A DNA stretch of 64,000 bases, from the NCBI GenBank assembly GCA_964035545.1, contig OZ037771.1:14197133-14261132 (forward strand). The letters are read 5' to 3'. The stretch is from Bugula neritina. Its lineage: Eukaryota; Animalia; Bryozoa. The notes beneath the pieces were generated by a model, which had not been told where the DNA came from, ran no database searches, and saw only the letters and a list, made by a program, of their open reading frames with translations. Below are positions 39,773-53,940 of this stretch, piece by piece. Positions within the stretch are counted from its first letter, which is position 1; each line of letters opens with the position of its first letter. Both the position numbers and the translations under genes were made by a program.

Positions 39773-40916
39773 TATGCTGACTTTCTGTTAGTTCATGCAC
39801 TCTTTGCTTGTATGTTTTTTGTAAGAAATTAAATACAATAAAATACAAACATTCCTTGCATCTATCAACCAACAAGATGTGTTTTTAGTGAATCACAAAA
39901 TAAAGTTAACTGTGCATACTCCAAATCTGCGTATCGATTTTTTGTCATGCATTTTAATACTAAAACTTTGTGAAAATGAAATTCTACTCACTAGCTATAA
40001 GAAAGTTATATAATGCTATAATACATTCGTAATTAATAATAGGCCTACATGATACATAGGTAATATACCATACTATAGTATATACTAAACTTAATTACAT
40101 AATATATAATAATGCAGCAAATATTTATTGATAACATGATACATTACAGTAGCATACCATATTATAACATATATTCATTGATGTTGCTATACATCATATA
40201 TAGCACAATATTTGTACTCATTGATTACACAATAGGTTACATAGAATTGTATACCATAATTGGTGCACTCATTGATAATATAATACATTGTAGTGTCCTA
40301 TAACACTCATTCATAATAAATAACATAATTATTCAATTTGTAATCATTCATAGTTTTAAAAACTATTTGTGCTTCTGTTCACAAAATTTTTTCCAAAAAT
40401 ATCTCGAATGGTAAGAATCAATGAGAGTCATGTGATGTCATATTAGGAGTTGTGTTTCCTTTGATTAATTCATAAACAATTACTTTGTGCTCTTTCATCT
40501 CTTTCTTTATTTCAAGTATACAAGATACACTGTGCACTGTGGCCCATTAACTTTCAAAATATTATTAATTAGCCTGCAATATACCTGACTTATGTTTGCT
40601 TCTATTGGAGTTGTATTTCCTTTTTACTGAAATATTATTCTGTAAATAGACATAATATAATAACAGATTGTTACATCAAGTCATGGGCTATTATTGCCAA
40701 GTATATATTTTGTGATTTACTTGTAGCAACAGAATGCAAACAAACATGGCCAGCTGTTAGTACTTTTCATCTTATTAAAACAACCTCCAATCTATGCCCT
40801 GCAATAACCTGCTATTATTTGTATATCGTAGATTTTCCATTTCTTACATGTAGGAAAAATTGCATACAAACTTTTATTGAGATTCTATTTAGTTGTTCAT
40901 GATATATTCATCTCAT

Positions 40917-41012
40917 GGAGCAGTCATGGTCCAGTGGTCATGAATTTGCATCCATACAAGGGCATTGGTGATGTCAGGAAAGACATCTGGCCACAAGTGC
41001 TCCTGTGTCACA
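40917..41012 (+). mobile_element. SINE family A fragment
   Basis: ggagcagtcatggtcca...ggcattggtgatgtcaggaaagacatctggccacaagtgctcctgtg. Confidence 0.55.
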
Positions 41013-43219
41013 GCTAAAGTCTCAAACTAGTATGACAAGAAGTACCAGAAGAATTCTAAATGATTAAATTAAGTTCCCTTAGATTCAGAGAATCTTTTGA
41101 ATTTTATATCTGATATAGAAAAGGGATAAAATCATTTGAGTTCACTGAAATTATGATACCGCAGCCACCAAGGATTACTCTCATTGCCGCATCGATAAAT
41201 TATTTTACAAAGCTAATCCATTGTGAGGCTATCAGATATTCAAACGTGGTAGACTGTGGTCTACTATCATATGTATTTCATAGAAACTTGCACATAGTGC
41301 ACAGGAGAGAGTAAACTGTAATTTCACTAAAACTTTTAGGAATTTTTAAAATTTTTTAAATGGAATAGCATTTTTATGATATGGTCATTACGAGTTTTGA
41401 ATGCTTTTGCTTGGAAAGGACATTAGTTTCTCTACTAGAGAACTATCTTATATAAAGGGTACTGACTTGGTAATAGACATTTGACAGCAGCTTTTATTCT
41501 GCCTAAGAAGTAGCATACAAAAAACTCAGCAGTAGTTAGAGAGGCAATTTTATGCCTAATAATCAATTGTTTAACAGAAACAATGCATGCTGGACAACAA
41601 AAACATCACACATGTTTTGTTTACAAGTATGCCTCCTTGCCGAATTCATTCTTCAGCGTAGAACAATCACTTGCACACGCTAAATAAGTTAGGGTTGTTT
41701 ATGTAAACACCTAAATGTGTCAGCAGCCAATGAAAGCTTTAGCTTGGCAGCATTGTTCATAATAACAATTCAAGTATTTCTATTTAATAAATTCATCCAC
41801 AATTATTTTAAATTCTTGTTGAATAGTCAGAAGGCTTGTATTGGAGAGTTGAACCGCTGATATTATTAGACTAGATGTGACACGTATAAAGAATTCGTTA
41901 CCAGACAGTCTGACTATTCATCATTGCAGACTTACAAATGCTGACGCAGGTCAATGCTTTACTAACAGGGATATTTCACTAAGCACTTTTAAAGTATGTT
42001 ATTAGACTTTATTTAAAAGTATACAATTCAGCATTGAGATCAAAATACGCAGCAGTTTCTGTCTCCAGCTTTGACTGAATAACGACATTGAGCTACGTTG
42101 CTGCTAGATTGACCAAGCTGTAAAGGTAAGATTCCACACTAGCTGAAGACTAAGACTACTTCTGTGTATCAGTTATATATTTAACATAATATCTAAAATG
42201 TGATTTTGTAGGCATATATATGCTGTATTAGTGTGACATAATTGTTATAAATTTGTTTTTATTTTGATCAAAGAAGTGTTATTGAAATCAACTGAGTTTT
42301 CATTTCATGTAGATCTGACATAATATGTTTCAAGCAAGCAACTAATAAAGATTGTTTTCAATTAAGGGGTTCATAAACTATAAACAAATTTACTATTTTC
42401 AATTAAAAATACTTTGATGACATATTGAACTTATTTGACTAAAATTTGCTTTATGCCAGAAAATGAGAAAATTCTAACATTCAAGTATTGTATGAATTAC
42501 CAGTCAAATAAGGAAACTATGTGTAACACAGACTGTTATTTCTTCTGCTAAGTAACTCAATATTGCTGTAAACTATACAAAATGTAACTTGTCAAAATCA
42601 ATTCATGCATTTGAAAATATTAAACTTGACAAACATCTGTGTAATATGAAGCAAATACTTTTCTATTATAAAGTTTCTTTCAAATGATATGAGAATAAAC
42701 AATAAAGCTGGTAATCAACTACAAAATCAATGTCAATCACGTAGTTGCACTCACCGCTGGCCATGACAGCATTGTGTTACATCGACAGCATTCCTTGGCA
42801 GCAATGTACATGGCAGCAGCAGAGATGACATTCTAATTATAGACACATGCTGGCCGTTGCATTCCCTCAGACCGTCTGTATGCTGACCAAACGGATAAAA
42901 ATAGTGTTTGTGTACTTCCTGGAGAGGCCATAACTCCTCGGGGCTCCAAATCCTATTTTACTGTAAAAAAAATCAATTTCAATTTAAAAGAAATTTAGTC
43001 AAGGGTTATGATTAAACCTAGAATGACCGAACCAATGTCTATTTTAAATGTGCATCTGTTTTTTAATATATTTGATGTTAGATTCAATTATCTTGGGGCC
43101 GAAATAACAGATATAAGGAAATAATTGAGTAGAACTTATATCTATATATTACATGGAGTGCACATAGCTAACAGTTAGTGTATGTTACAGGTTAGTCGAG
43201 TGAACTAGCAGTTTGTAAA

Positions 43220-46200
43220 ATGGCAGCCACTACTACTGTAGAGAAAGGCTATAGGCAAGTCATCGAGAGTTATCAGTCCCTTCTTGAGAAAAACTTGATT
43301 CTTACGGATGATTTCTTCCGAACTCTTGTAACTCATGGCGTGTTCTCTGAGCCGTTACTCAATGATATTAAGGTGAGATATACTACGTGCCCCAAACTTG
43401 TTTAAAATAGAACCTGGCTATTTTGCTTAATGCATGTTTTTAAGAATGCAGAGCGTGCATTGCTAATCTTTCAATTTTATAAGTGTTTTAGTTTGATGCA
43501 AACTGGGTACAAAATTTTGTGCAAACTTTAAACTGGGCAGCAAAAAATATTTGGATCAAATATTTACAAGGTTTCCTTTTATAATGTTTTGTCTATTAAC
43601 GCTTGAATCCATGCTATTACTGCGAATTTTGATCTAATGCACACTTAGGAACAAAAATCGTGCTGCTGCGTAGCCTAGATAATTGTTGCTTTCTATATTA
43701 TATTTTCTTAAATAATATTTAGTGTGGAATAAAGTTGTCTTCTGCGTTTTGAATTTGATATTTTATTTGATGAAAATTGGAGATATACCAAACATACTCT
43801 GCATGCAAATATTTATAAAAATTAAATGCAACGTGAAGCCTGTCAGTTGAAAGTATCACCTAAAGTTTGGCAATGATTGTTTTGGCCATATTCTTACCCG
43901 CACCATATTTGTATTATATATACAAAACACTGTGTTGGTTAGAATCATATTGTACTAAGCTATCAAATGATACAAAATGGTCAAGTTAGTAGCAGTAAAT
44001 CTTTAAAATATCGGAAATTACAGTTGGCTTGCTATATGCAGCCATTCAAATGTCAATAAATAAGAATAATTACAAGCAATGGTCTATTTCAATAGATTAT
44101 TCGAATATAGTATTGAACTACTTGGGCAACTATTAATATGCTTGTCACTGTTAAATACATGGCAATGAAATGATAATTTTAAAGTTATTTTCAAACTAAT
44201 CAGTTCCAAGGTCTTCCTTCACATATAATTGAAGGTAATGGCGTCTTTAGATGTCCTTAATTTGCCCGATCAGCATTATGCGTTCTGTTACAAGGACACC
44301 TATGTACTATACGTTAATGTAGATTGAACTGTTGACACTTGCGTTGTGGGCCGAGGAACTTTTATTGGAAATCATGACTTTAATATTCTTCACATTACAC
44401 AGTTGACATGATGTTACATACAGCCTGATTTCTAGACTATAGTTTGGTTTTGTATAGTCTGATTAAATATCTATAATATTTTATAGAGCCTATTTGACCT
44501 TGAGAATTTAGTAGCTTTTAACATATATTACAAGCTGTACTACACTATGCTATGCTATATGCTACTATATATAGTAGCATACTATGCTATATACTATATT
44601 GTAATATATTGTAATATATTATATTATATTATATTATATTATATCATATCATATCATATCATATCGTATCATATTATATTATATTATATTATATTATATT
44701 ATATCATATCGTATCGTATCATATTATATTATATTATATTATATTATATTATATTATATTATATTATATTATATCATATCATATCATATCGTATCATATT
44801 ATATTATATTATATTATATTATATTATATCATATCATATCGTATCATATTATATTGTATTATATTATATTATATTATATTATATTATATTATATCATATC
44901 ATATCATATCGTATCATATTATATTATATTATATTATACTATTCACAGACACTTCCTGCCCAGGAAAGAACTCACAAGATGGTGGAACTGTTAATGACTC
45001 GCACAGCCACAGGTTTCAGGAAGTTTGTAGACGTCCTTGAAGTTACGGGGCATCATTTTCTCTCCGACTGTCTGCGAGAAGCAGGTACTCAGGCTATCTT
45101 CTCTTCTCTGAGGCTATATTCTATTCTCTGAGGCTATATTCTATTCTCTGAGGCTATATTCTATTTTCTAAAGCTATATTATATTATCTGAGGCTATATT
45201 AGATTCTGTGAGGCTATAGTCTATTATTAGTAAACTAAAAGTATATTTATAGTTTTGCTATTAGAATGTTGTTTTAAAAGTAATCGCTATGGTAACCAAT
45301 AAAGTGATTGAAAGCTCAAGTGATCCCGTCCAGGAATGAAGTACCTAATGAAGAGTTTTATTAATAAAATGGTTTTCACTTCATTCTCAGTTTAAATATA
45401 TAGATACAGCATTTGCCCTCTGATTAAATTACAAGTGATTGTAAAGCTGTTACTTTAACTTGTAAACAGAAACTGGGGAGACGATTTCTGACATTGACAT
45501 CAATGACTTGAATAACCGACTGCCTTTCATCAATAAAGCTTTAAAGACGGAGCAGCAAAAGAATGCTGTCAGACAATTCTTTAGAGAAGCAGTAAGCAAT
45601 AAAAATATTAAATAAAAAAATAAATAAATAAATAGATAAATAAAGAATTAAATATGCAAACAAACAAATAGATAAATAATTAAATAAATGAATAAAGCAC
45701 TTCAGTGTTTTTCACAGAGAAATTTTTTTCCTACAATGGCTAAAACTGTTTTGATCATTTTAATTGCATCTTTTTAACAAAATGAGATATTTTAAACTTT
45801 CAAATACAGCATGTTCAACTTCAAACTTACTAAAGATTACTTATTAATTTATACTTCTTTACAACAATTTAGTATAGCAGCTACAGTTAAATTTAAGCTT
45901 TTAAATATTAATTCAAATTGCTGTAGCTGTAATTATCAAACGTCAGTTTTATCTACAACTAAGAGAAGTTATAAACTTTCATAAGATAAATCTTTTGTGA
46001 AAGTTTAGTGAGCAGAATTTATCAAAAATTAATTTTTTTTGATAATTTAGTATGAGGACTAAAATGCCTAAGAATAATAAAAAACAGAATACATTTCAAT
46101 AAAGTAAATTAATAAATAATTCATTATACAAAACTGCTGATATATAAAATGACGTTAATTACAGATTCAGAAGGAGGTAGTGAGGTGTACGTGGAAAGGG

Positions 46201-46605
46201 GACATCCACACCAAAGAGCAGCTGATTATATCGAGACAAAAACAAATTGAACAGCTTTGGCAATTTGAGGAAGAAGAGAAAATCAGAGAGAAGTCAATGC
46301 TGGTATGAAAATATCCATTTTCAATCATTTAGAGGTCAATTTTGTAGTAACTAAAGAAATAGATGCTGTGACAATAAAGTTAAAGTAAAGTAGTTTAATC
46401 TGGAAATTGTGTTTTCCTTTTTATGCTATGCTTGCGTACTCTGCTCACTTGCTGAATTACAGATGCAGTTTAGTCATTTACATACCGTTGAAATTACACG
46501 CACACACACATACGCACACACATGCACATGCATGCACACGCACACAACATTAGGCTATACATAACTATATACACAACTATATATATAGTTGTGTATATAT
46601 ATAGT

Positions 46606-46644
<39 letters not shown>

Positions 46645-49600
46645 GTGTATATAGTTATGTATAGCCTAATGTTGTGTGCCTGTGCATGCATGTGCATGTG
46701 TGTGTGTATGTGTGTGTGCGTGCGTGCATACATGCATGCATGCGTGCGTGCGTGCGTGTGTATATAGTTGTGTATATATATAGTTGTGTATATATATAGT
46801 TGTGTATATATATAGTTATGTATATAGTTATGTATATATTTGTGTATATATTTGTGTATATAGTTATGTATATAGTTATATATATATTTGTGTATATATA
46901 TAGTTATGTATATAGTTATGTATATAGTTATGTATATATTTGTGTATATAGTTATGTATATAGTTATGTATATACAAATGTATTTGTGTATATAGTTATG
47001 TATATATTTGTGTAGCCTATATAGTTGTATATATTATAGCTATAGATCATGACTTATACATGGTTATGTAGGTGCAGTTATACCTATGTATATATAAGTA
47101 ATATATATAAGTAATATCTACATAAGCCTTTTGTCAAATTATATACAGTAACAGTTACACATAGCTACAATTTCACATATATACATTAGTTATATTTATA
47201 CTGCATATAGTAGTTATAGTTAATGTACTGTATATGCACTGTTATAGTTATGTCTAGTTACTGTTTTAGTTGAATAGCACTCACTTTGAGAACGTTTTGC
47301 GGGCAGACCTCCTTTGAGATGCTATTAACAGTACAATGATCAATTTGTTTCAGTACACTATCAGTTTCCTGTACACATCTGCATGAATTCCCACCGAGAC
47401 CGGAGTTTGTGACTTGTGTTTTGAATTTCATTGAGTCTGTTAGCACTTTATGCGAGTCAATCAAAGGAATTTTACTAGCTTATAGAGAAAAAGATCATTC
47501 ATCAAATATAATAAGAAATTTGTTAGTTCCTTACTGAAAAATTGCGAATCATTATTCTTTGATCCCAATGGAAATGAATTATAAGTACATCATGTACTCT
47601 TAGCTGGAGGTTTTGAAAGAGGCATTTCCTTTGTAGGAACTTCAAGAGAAATATTTGAGTCTGCAGAATTTTACGGATGATTTGAGACGAGAAACAAAGT
47701 CGTTACATAAGCATATCGAGGATCTTAACAAAAAGCATAAAAACGAGTTAAAAGCACAGGTTTGTTATACTTATCAAAATTTATCTAGTTTTTAAGCACC
47801 TTTCATCAGCTAAATTATGTAACGAACAAATTTTAAATTAAAGCTAAAAACTGTAACGTTTTTGCATTAATGAAAACATGCTTGTTAGTGTGGAAATAAA
47901 CTGCTGTGTAGTTCATGGGTTGCTGTGATAATATTGCTGCCTATTAACAAGGCATCTATAGTTCATATTAACATGAAGCAAGAACCTCTATTGTTGTAAA
48001 TTTCCCTATTTTAGTTTATTGAACTGCATAACGAGGAGTATAGCATAGAATCATCTCCCCTTTCTATGAGATAAATAAAATTACCATATAATGATAAACG
48101 AGCAACCGCTTAAAGTTATTCAAAAAGAAAGAAATGCTTAAATTTACCCAGCGGCCCCGTGGTGTAATGGTTAGCACACTTGCTTACAAGCCATAGGACT
48201 CGGGTTCGATTCCCAGTGTGGGCAAAATTATTTTCCACATAATAATAGTTTTTCAACATTACCAATCCTTTATAAGCTACATAATGTTGTTACGGGTTCC
48301 TGTGATTCAAAACTTGTAGGTAGATTTCAATATGGCCAATGACAGACACTTGACTAGACTGAATGAGAAAGCCGACGATGCAGGTAGTATTCTAGACAAT
48401 CTACACATGGAGTTGAAAGGGGTGCTGGCGGACGGTTATCAGACTAAAGCCACAATCACAGACTACCAGAACCTTCAGAATAACTTTGATCTGCTTTGCG
48501 CACATTACAGGTACGGGTACATTGTATAAGACTGCTCGAGGGTTACTGTGATACGACTTAACTGAAGGCAAGGGTAACTTAACCGCATAGCCATTGTAAA
48601 TTGCTCATAAAGTAGTATTGTGATATACTTTCATAGCTACAATACGACAAAGAGTAGAGTCAATGTAGTTTCTGTAGATCTAACTGCAAATAACAAATAT
48701 AGTCACTGTGATAGAATCGTATATTGTTTGAAGAACGACTTATATTTTAGTTGTTACTCTGTTTTACAATTTTATACTTATTATTTTTTTAGTATTGTCT
48801 ATTTATTTGAACAATGAGTTTGATGTAGACTAGATAATATGGGGTGTCATCTATGTAGTGTTGAGATTACCCAGTAGCCCAGCGGTGTAATGGTTAGCTC
48901 GCCTGTTTTCAAACCAGAGATCTTGGGTTCAAATCCCAGTGGGGGCAAAATTATTTTACAACCCAAAAGGTGACAACTTGTGCCTATAGTATTAGATTAG
49001 GGAGGCTGCAACTAAGATATTTTGCATGATTTGTAGAAAATTAGCTGCGCTGGTCGAGCACTTCCGTGATGAGAGACACTACATGTCTCACCAAATCATT
49101 GGTGTCGCTGTCCTAGATAAAGCTGACTTTAAAGAAGACTTTAGAGCTTATATTTTGAAAAATGAAGAAGAATTTACGAGACTCAGAACTCAGATTGCTA
49201 AGCTGACTCAATCGCTGACTTCTACAGCTACAAAATTGAGGGTGAGTTTGAAGTTTTACAGTAACTTGAAACTTTAAAGTGTGTCTCATGTTAGCTCAAA
49301 ATATTATTTGAAGATAATTTTCAAAGTAATTTAGTAATCAAATTGAAAATTCATTATATAAAATAAGTTTGCAAAGATGCACTGAAGTTTTCATTCAGAA
49401 GCAGTATTGGAAAAATTTTAATAGCTCAAGTTTGTTAATTTTTCCTAATAAATTTTTGTTGTGGTTAAAATTCTCATGAGAATATAGCTTCTTTTGGTAA
49501 CTTTTAAACTGAAGCACAAGCTCTTTTTAATTTATTCAAAACTGCACCTATACTTCAAAGGATTTTTGTATATCAAATTTGCTATTTAGAAGAATTGTGC

Positions 49601-52330
49601 AGTTTTGGTACCTTCGGAGCTTATACTTTTCCTTTTAAAACTAAGTTTGAAAAAGCTACCAGCTACTGTATAAGATTTGAGACAAGACTAATGGTTTACA
49701 GCATTACTCTGAGAAAACCAAAATGTTGCAACTTCTGTTGCCGATGTTTTTCAGGATTTAGAAATAGCGCATAAGAGAATAGAAAATGGAGAGGCAGTGA
49801 TTGATTCTAACACAGCAAAGCTGGTGGCCCTGGAAGAAGAAAACGAAAAGAACAAAGCAGCTATTATTAGTAAAGATGACACAATACTGGTGAGGAAACA
49901 TCTAGAAATTTCAATTGTAAAATAATCATAGATTCTCTTGTTGAATATCAATTCCTGTATCTTTGTTGTGCATATACAGTTAATATAAGTGGTACTTTTC
50001 AACTTTTGTTTAATCAGCTTTATTGTCAAACTGTACTGTAGCAGTACCATACAGTAGCAACACTATACAATAGTGATTTTATTGTGTAGTAAAACAGTAA
50101 GCTTTTTTGACATGCTAACAACTATAAAAATAGTGTTAATATATTTAATCATAATATTTCATGATGAGTAACAGCTGATGGAGAATAAAACATGGCAGAT
50201 TGCAAGCTAGTAGTTGACAAGTAAAAAGAGCGAGAATATTACAAACTAGCAAGTTTAGCATATATAGCAATGTACAGATAGATGTATAACATTTGAAATT
50301 TCTTTGAAATGTAGCTTTGTTTCTACAGTAAAAAAATTGCTGTGCTTGTCTTTATTTAAAATTTTGGTTCGCAGGCTTTGGAAAAGCAGCTAAAGTCTCT
50401 GAACAGTAAATTCAAATCTCTGGAGACGGTTCTGCAGGAGAGTCAGCAGAACGAGAGACACTTGAATGACGCTGTTGAGGCAGCAGCTAAATCGGCAGCT
50501 GTAGTAACGGCAGCGGGAAATTCTGAGCAAGAGAAGACAACTCTGCCTGAGAATCAAGACTCTGAAGTTGGAGATGTCCCAGTACCTCCCCCACCTACCC
50601 AGTACCATCAGAGTTTGAAAATCAGGTTAGCTTGATAGTATTTTTTGAAGGCATCAACAATTTAGGAGTTATCCGATCATTAATTTCAACAGTTTGTCGT
50701 GTAATAAATTTTTGGCAGTAATAATTGAATTTCATGTTAAAATAAGCTTTCTTTGAAATTTATATTGAGCAAAATTCCAATAGTCTTGTTAATTGAATTC
50801 TTTGTTAAGAACAAATCTCATTTGTTCCACACACTGCCGTTAGAACCAATTACAACTTGTTTATACAAATTATTGCTGTGTTGTCTTTGTAACAAGATTA
50901 TATTATATTATATTATATTATATTATATTATATTAAATTATATTATATTATATTATTATATTATATTATAATATATTATATTATTATATTATATTATATT
51001 ATATTATATTATATTATAATATTATATTATATTATATTATTATATTATAATATTATATTATATTATATTATATTATGCTATATTATATTATTTTATATTA
51101 TATTATATTATATTATTTTATTTTATATTATATTATGTTACCTTATACTATATTATATTATTTTATATTATATTTGTGATGTTTGTATTTCAGTACAATA
51201 CACAAGGCCACTAGCTGTTCACAAATTTCAGTACATCAGGCCTCCCCCCCCCCCAGTTTATAATTCCTTTGTATAAACAGCAGCAACTCAATAGAGAATT
51301 ATAGCAATATTTTTATCTGATAATCATAAATGAGAAACAAAATTCTATTTTCTATGCTTATTAAAAGATTTCTACAATTTTCTCAACCTAAATTTAGCTA
51401 GCAAAGCTCAACAATAGAGCATAACTCCTAATATTTCTTTGCTATATATGTGCTAATGTTTCCACGTGCTGTTTAGAAACAAGTCGTTTGATGGTTCGGC
51501 TGCCGGCAGCAACTCTTATCTCCTGAAGAAACGAGGCTCGGGTCCTATTTATCTGATGGATGAAGACAGGGAGGAGGTCAACAAGGAGAAAATCAGTAAC
51601 CGATTTATTGAAAAGTGAGTCATAATATAAATATAGGATATAAATAATATATATTTAAATATAGGATATAAGTAGCATATATTTAAAGATATGCGACTTT
51701 TATAGCATATATATTTAAATATGAGGCATAAATAATATATTTAAATAAAGATATGTCAATGTTCGGTGAAATGCATTATGATTGTTATTGCTCATTGTTC
51801 TAATATACATGGAATAAGTTCATAAATGTGAAGGTAATGATAGGAGTTGCTTTCTCTTCGAGTTAGCTGTTGAAAGAGCCATGCAATGTGTACGCTATAA
51901 AGTTATAATATTCGTTTTTCAATAAGATCAATTACATGGGTGTAATTAGTCAGCTAATGACAGTCTAACCCTTAGTTACTGGCAACTGAGTCTCTTATAA
52001 GTTGTATTTTAATGCAATAGTCTAGATAGATAGCCAATCAGAAGGCTTGTAGGAGAGTCATTAACCAATGACATCTAGCTATAAAGCCATCACTTTAATA
52101 ACACTAAAAGCCAGCTACATAACAAGTATGTAGTTATATGCATTGTCTATTACTTTGGTAATTGCTATTGTAGGACTTCTGATCCCATAAAGTTTAAGCA
52201 CCCTCCCAGTTTACCAGCAAAGAGCAAAGCTACGGCAGCGACTAACTATAGTAAAAGATTGGCAGCATCCAAGGCTCTGAAGCAGAACAAAACAGGAGCT
52301 CTTCCAGCCACTTTGCTAAAAATGAAGTAA
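43220..52330 (+). CDS. CARD (death-fold) plus long coiled-coil protein, about 582 aa, 11 coding exons
   Basis: Exons 43220-43372, 44949-45084, 45470-45591, 46165-46302, 47637-47759, 48320-48510, 49037-49241, 49755-49889, 50375-50625, 51477-51614 and 52174-52330, all phase-consistent. The first 95 aa are CARD-like (LVTHGVFSEPLLNDIK..ERTHKMVELLMTRTATGFRKFVDVLEVTGHHFLSDCL), followed by heptad-rich E/K/L/Q sequence and a low-complexity tail. A possible 5' UTR exon ends near 42125. Confidence 0.85.
44610..44938. repeat. (ATATT)n/(ATATC)n pentanucleotide satellite
   Basis: Direct reading; ends just before the acceptor at 44948. Confidence 0.95.
45103..45225. repeat. 20-bp tandem repeat (tctctgaggctatattctat)
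   Basis: About 6 units. Confidence 0.9.
46497..47012. repeat. Inverted repeat around (TA)n, followed by a tatatagttatgta-type minisatellite
   Basis: Arm 46497-46586 is close to the reverse complement of 46634-46722 (cacacaacattaggctatacataactatatacacaacta / tagttgtgtatatagttatgtatagcctaatgttgtgtg). Confidence 0.9.
48147..48236 (+). mobile_element. Short tRNA-like repeat, family B
   Basis: A box tggtgtaatggttagc and B box ggttcgattccc; poor acceptor and anticodon stems; related copies at 48869 and 54281. Confidence 0.7.
48869..48957 (+). mobile_element. Short tRNA-like repeat, family B
   Basis: cccagtagcccagcggtgtaatggttagc..gggttcaaatcccagtgggggcaaaattatttt. Confidence 0.7.
50897..51173. 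repeat. (ATTAT)n satellite
   Basis: Direct reading. Confidence 0.95.
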
Positions 52331-53940
52331 AGCTCTGACCTGACTAGAAGTAAAAGGAATCAGTAGTAATTGAATTGAGCTACAGCTTTGTTGAAGTGAA
52401 ATGTTGGGATAATACTGAGCTAGTCTTATGTTCCATTTAATATAGAGTTAGATGCAGTAATGGAAAATTTGAGAACAGCCTGTATTTTAGATTAGAAATG
52501 CAGCAAAAGAAGTTATGTTCTTGCAATAATTTCAACTCTCGTCCCAAACCATAATTTAATAAAATAATTAAAGAACTTAGGCTGTCTCAATTTCTCCACT
52601 ACTGCTGCTAAATGTTTAAATGTACAAGAGACGACAACTTTAAATATATTTTATTACCTAATGATTTCTCAATTACATACAAAAGACTTTTTAGGATGCA
52701 GATTTCAATTTCCATGTTGTTTTGCTTTTGTTCTGTCATTTTAAAATCGTATGTCAATTATCTGTGATTCCGCCCAACTAATTGAGAGTTGTGCTCTCTT
52801 TGTACAAGGATTTTATTGGAAAACTTTTATGTTAGTAACCACTCAACACTAGAGAGTATGGATTTATAGGCTGCAGATAAAACTGTGAGTGCAAAGATCC
52901 TGTCCATGTATTGAGTGCTTTCAACTGCAAATCTATACATTACATCTGCTGTAATATTATATTCAGCATACATTCGCACTTTGTGTTCGGAGTTGCTTTT
53001 CCTTTGATTATTAAATACGGGAAAACAACTCTGTATGCATGATGCTTTATTAGGTAATTATTATTTTAGTTTTAGTTTAGTTTTGATGTGATCAGTATTT
53101 TTGTTATAAGAAGTATATTTTATAATTTATAGAGTCAACACCTGGTTTAGAGACATTGTGCAGTTCTTGCTGCTATAAATAATTTTATAGAGCTCACAAT
53201 GCCTTACCTTTCCGAATCAATAAGTATAACCTAACGTATATATTATAAAATATGTCTGTATTAGAGTAGAATAGATAAATATATGTTATTTATTCATATT
53301 TTGTGTCAAAATAATATTAAATCACAATAAAAAAAGTTATATTAAAGACAAACGGCTACTATTATGTATAATATTGTGTTAATAAGTAATTGAATACTAA
53401 CTATATCATTGTAACCACTATGAGTATGATATGACACTATGATACTGTAAGAGCTAAGGCTATGTGAAAAATGGCCATAACTCCTGAGACATTGTGACAA
53501 TTCACACTCATAGTAAACATATACACTCCTAGCAAAGTCATGATATTAAATTGCACCTAACAATTTGATGTACAATGTTTATATAAACTGGAATGCAAAT
53601 AACTTCTCTATTAACAGTTCCCTTTCTTAATTGGCAACAGCAAAATACATCATAATAGAATATAAACTAAGTAGTGATATCAATGTTATTTTCTATTCTA
53701 GCTTGTTATTATAACGGCAGGTAAAGAAACCATTGTCCAACATACAAAGCATCACAAACCTATAGTATGATAAAATGAGCATTTGATTTGGAAGTTGTCT
53801 AATTACTAACTACAGTAGAACAAAGAAGTAGACTGAGATTCTAACTCCCTGTAGCAGCACCTTTTCACAAACTATGGTCAGCAGGCTACAGCACTAGAGT
53901 TACCCCTGAATATATACTAGAGTTTGGAGTTATTATCTCA

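Noticed and set aside
48147-48236. Possible tRNA-Val(TAC) gene
   Set aside because: Acceptor and anticodon stems pair poorly, and related copies have different anticodon regions, so it is a repeat.
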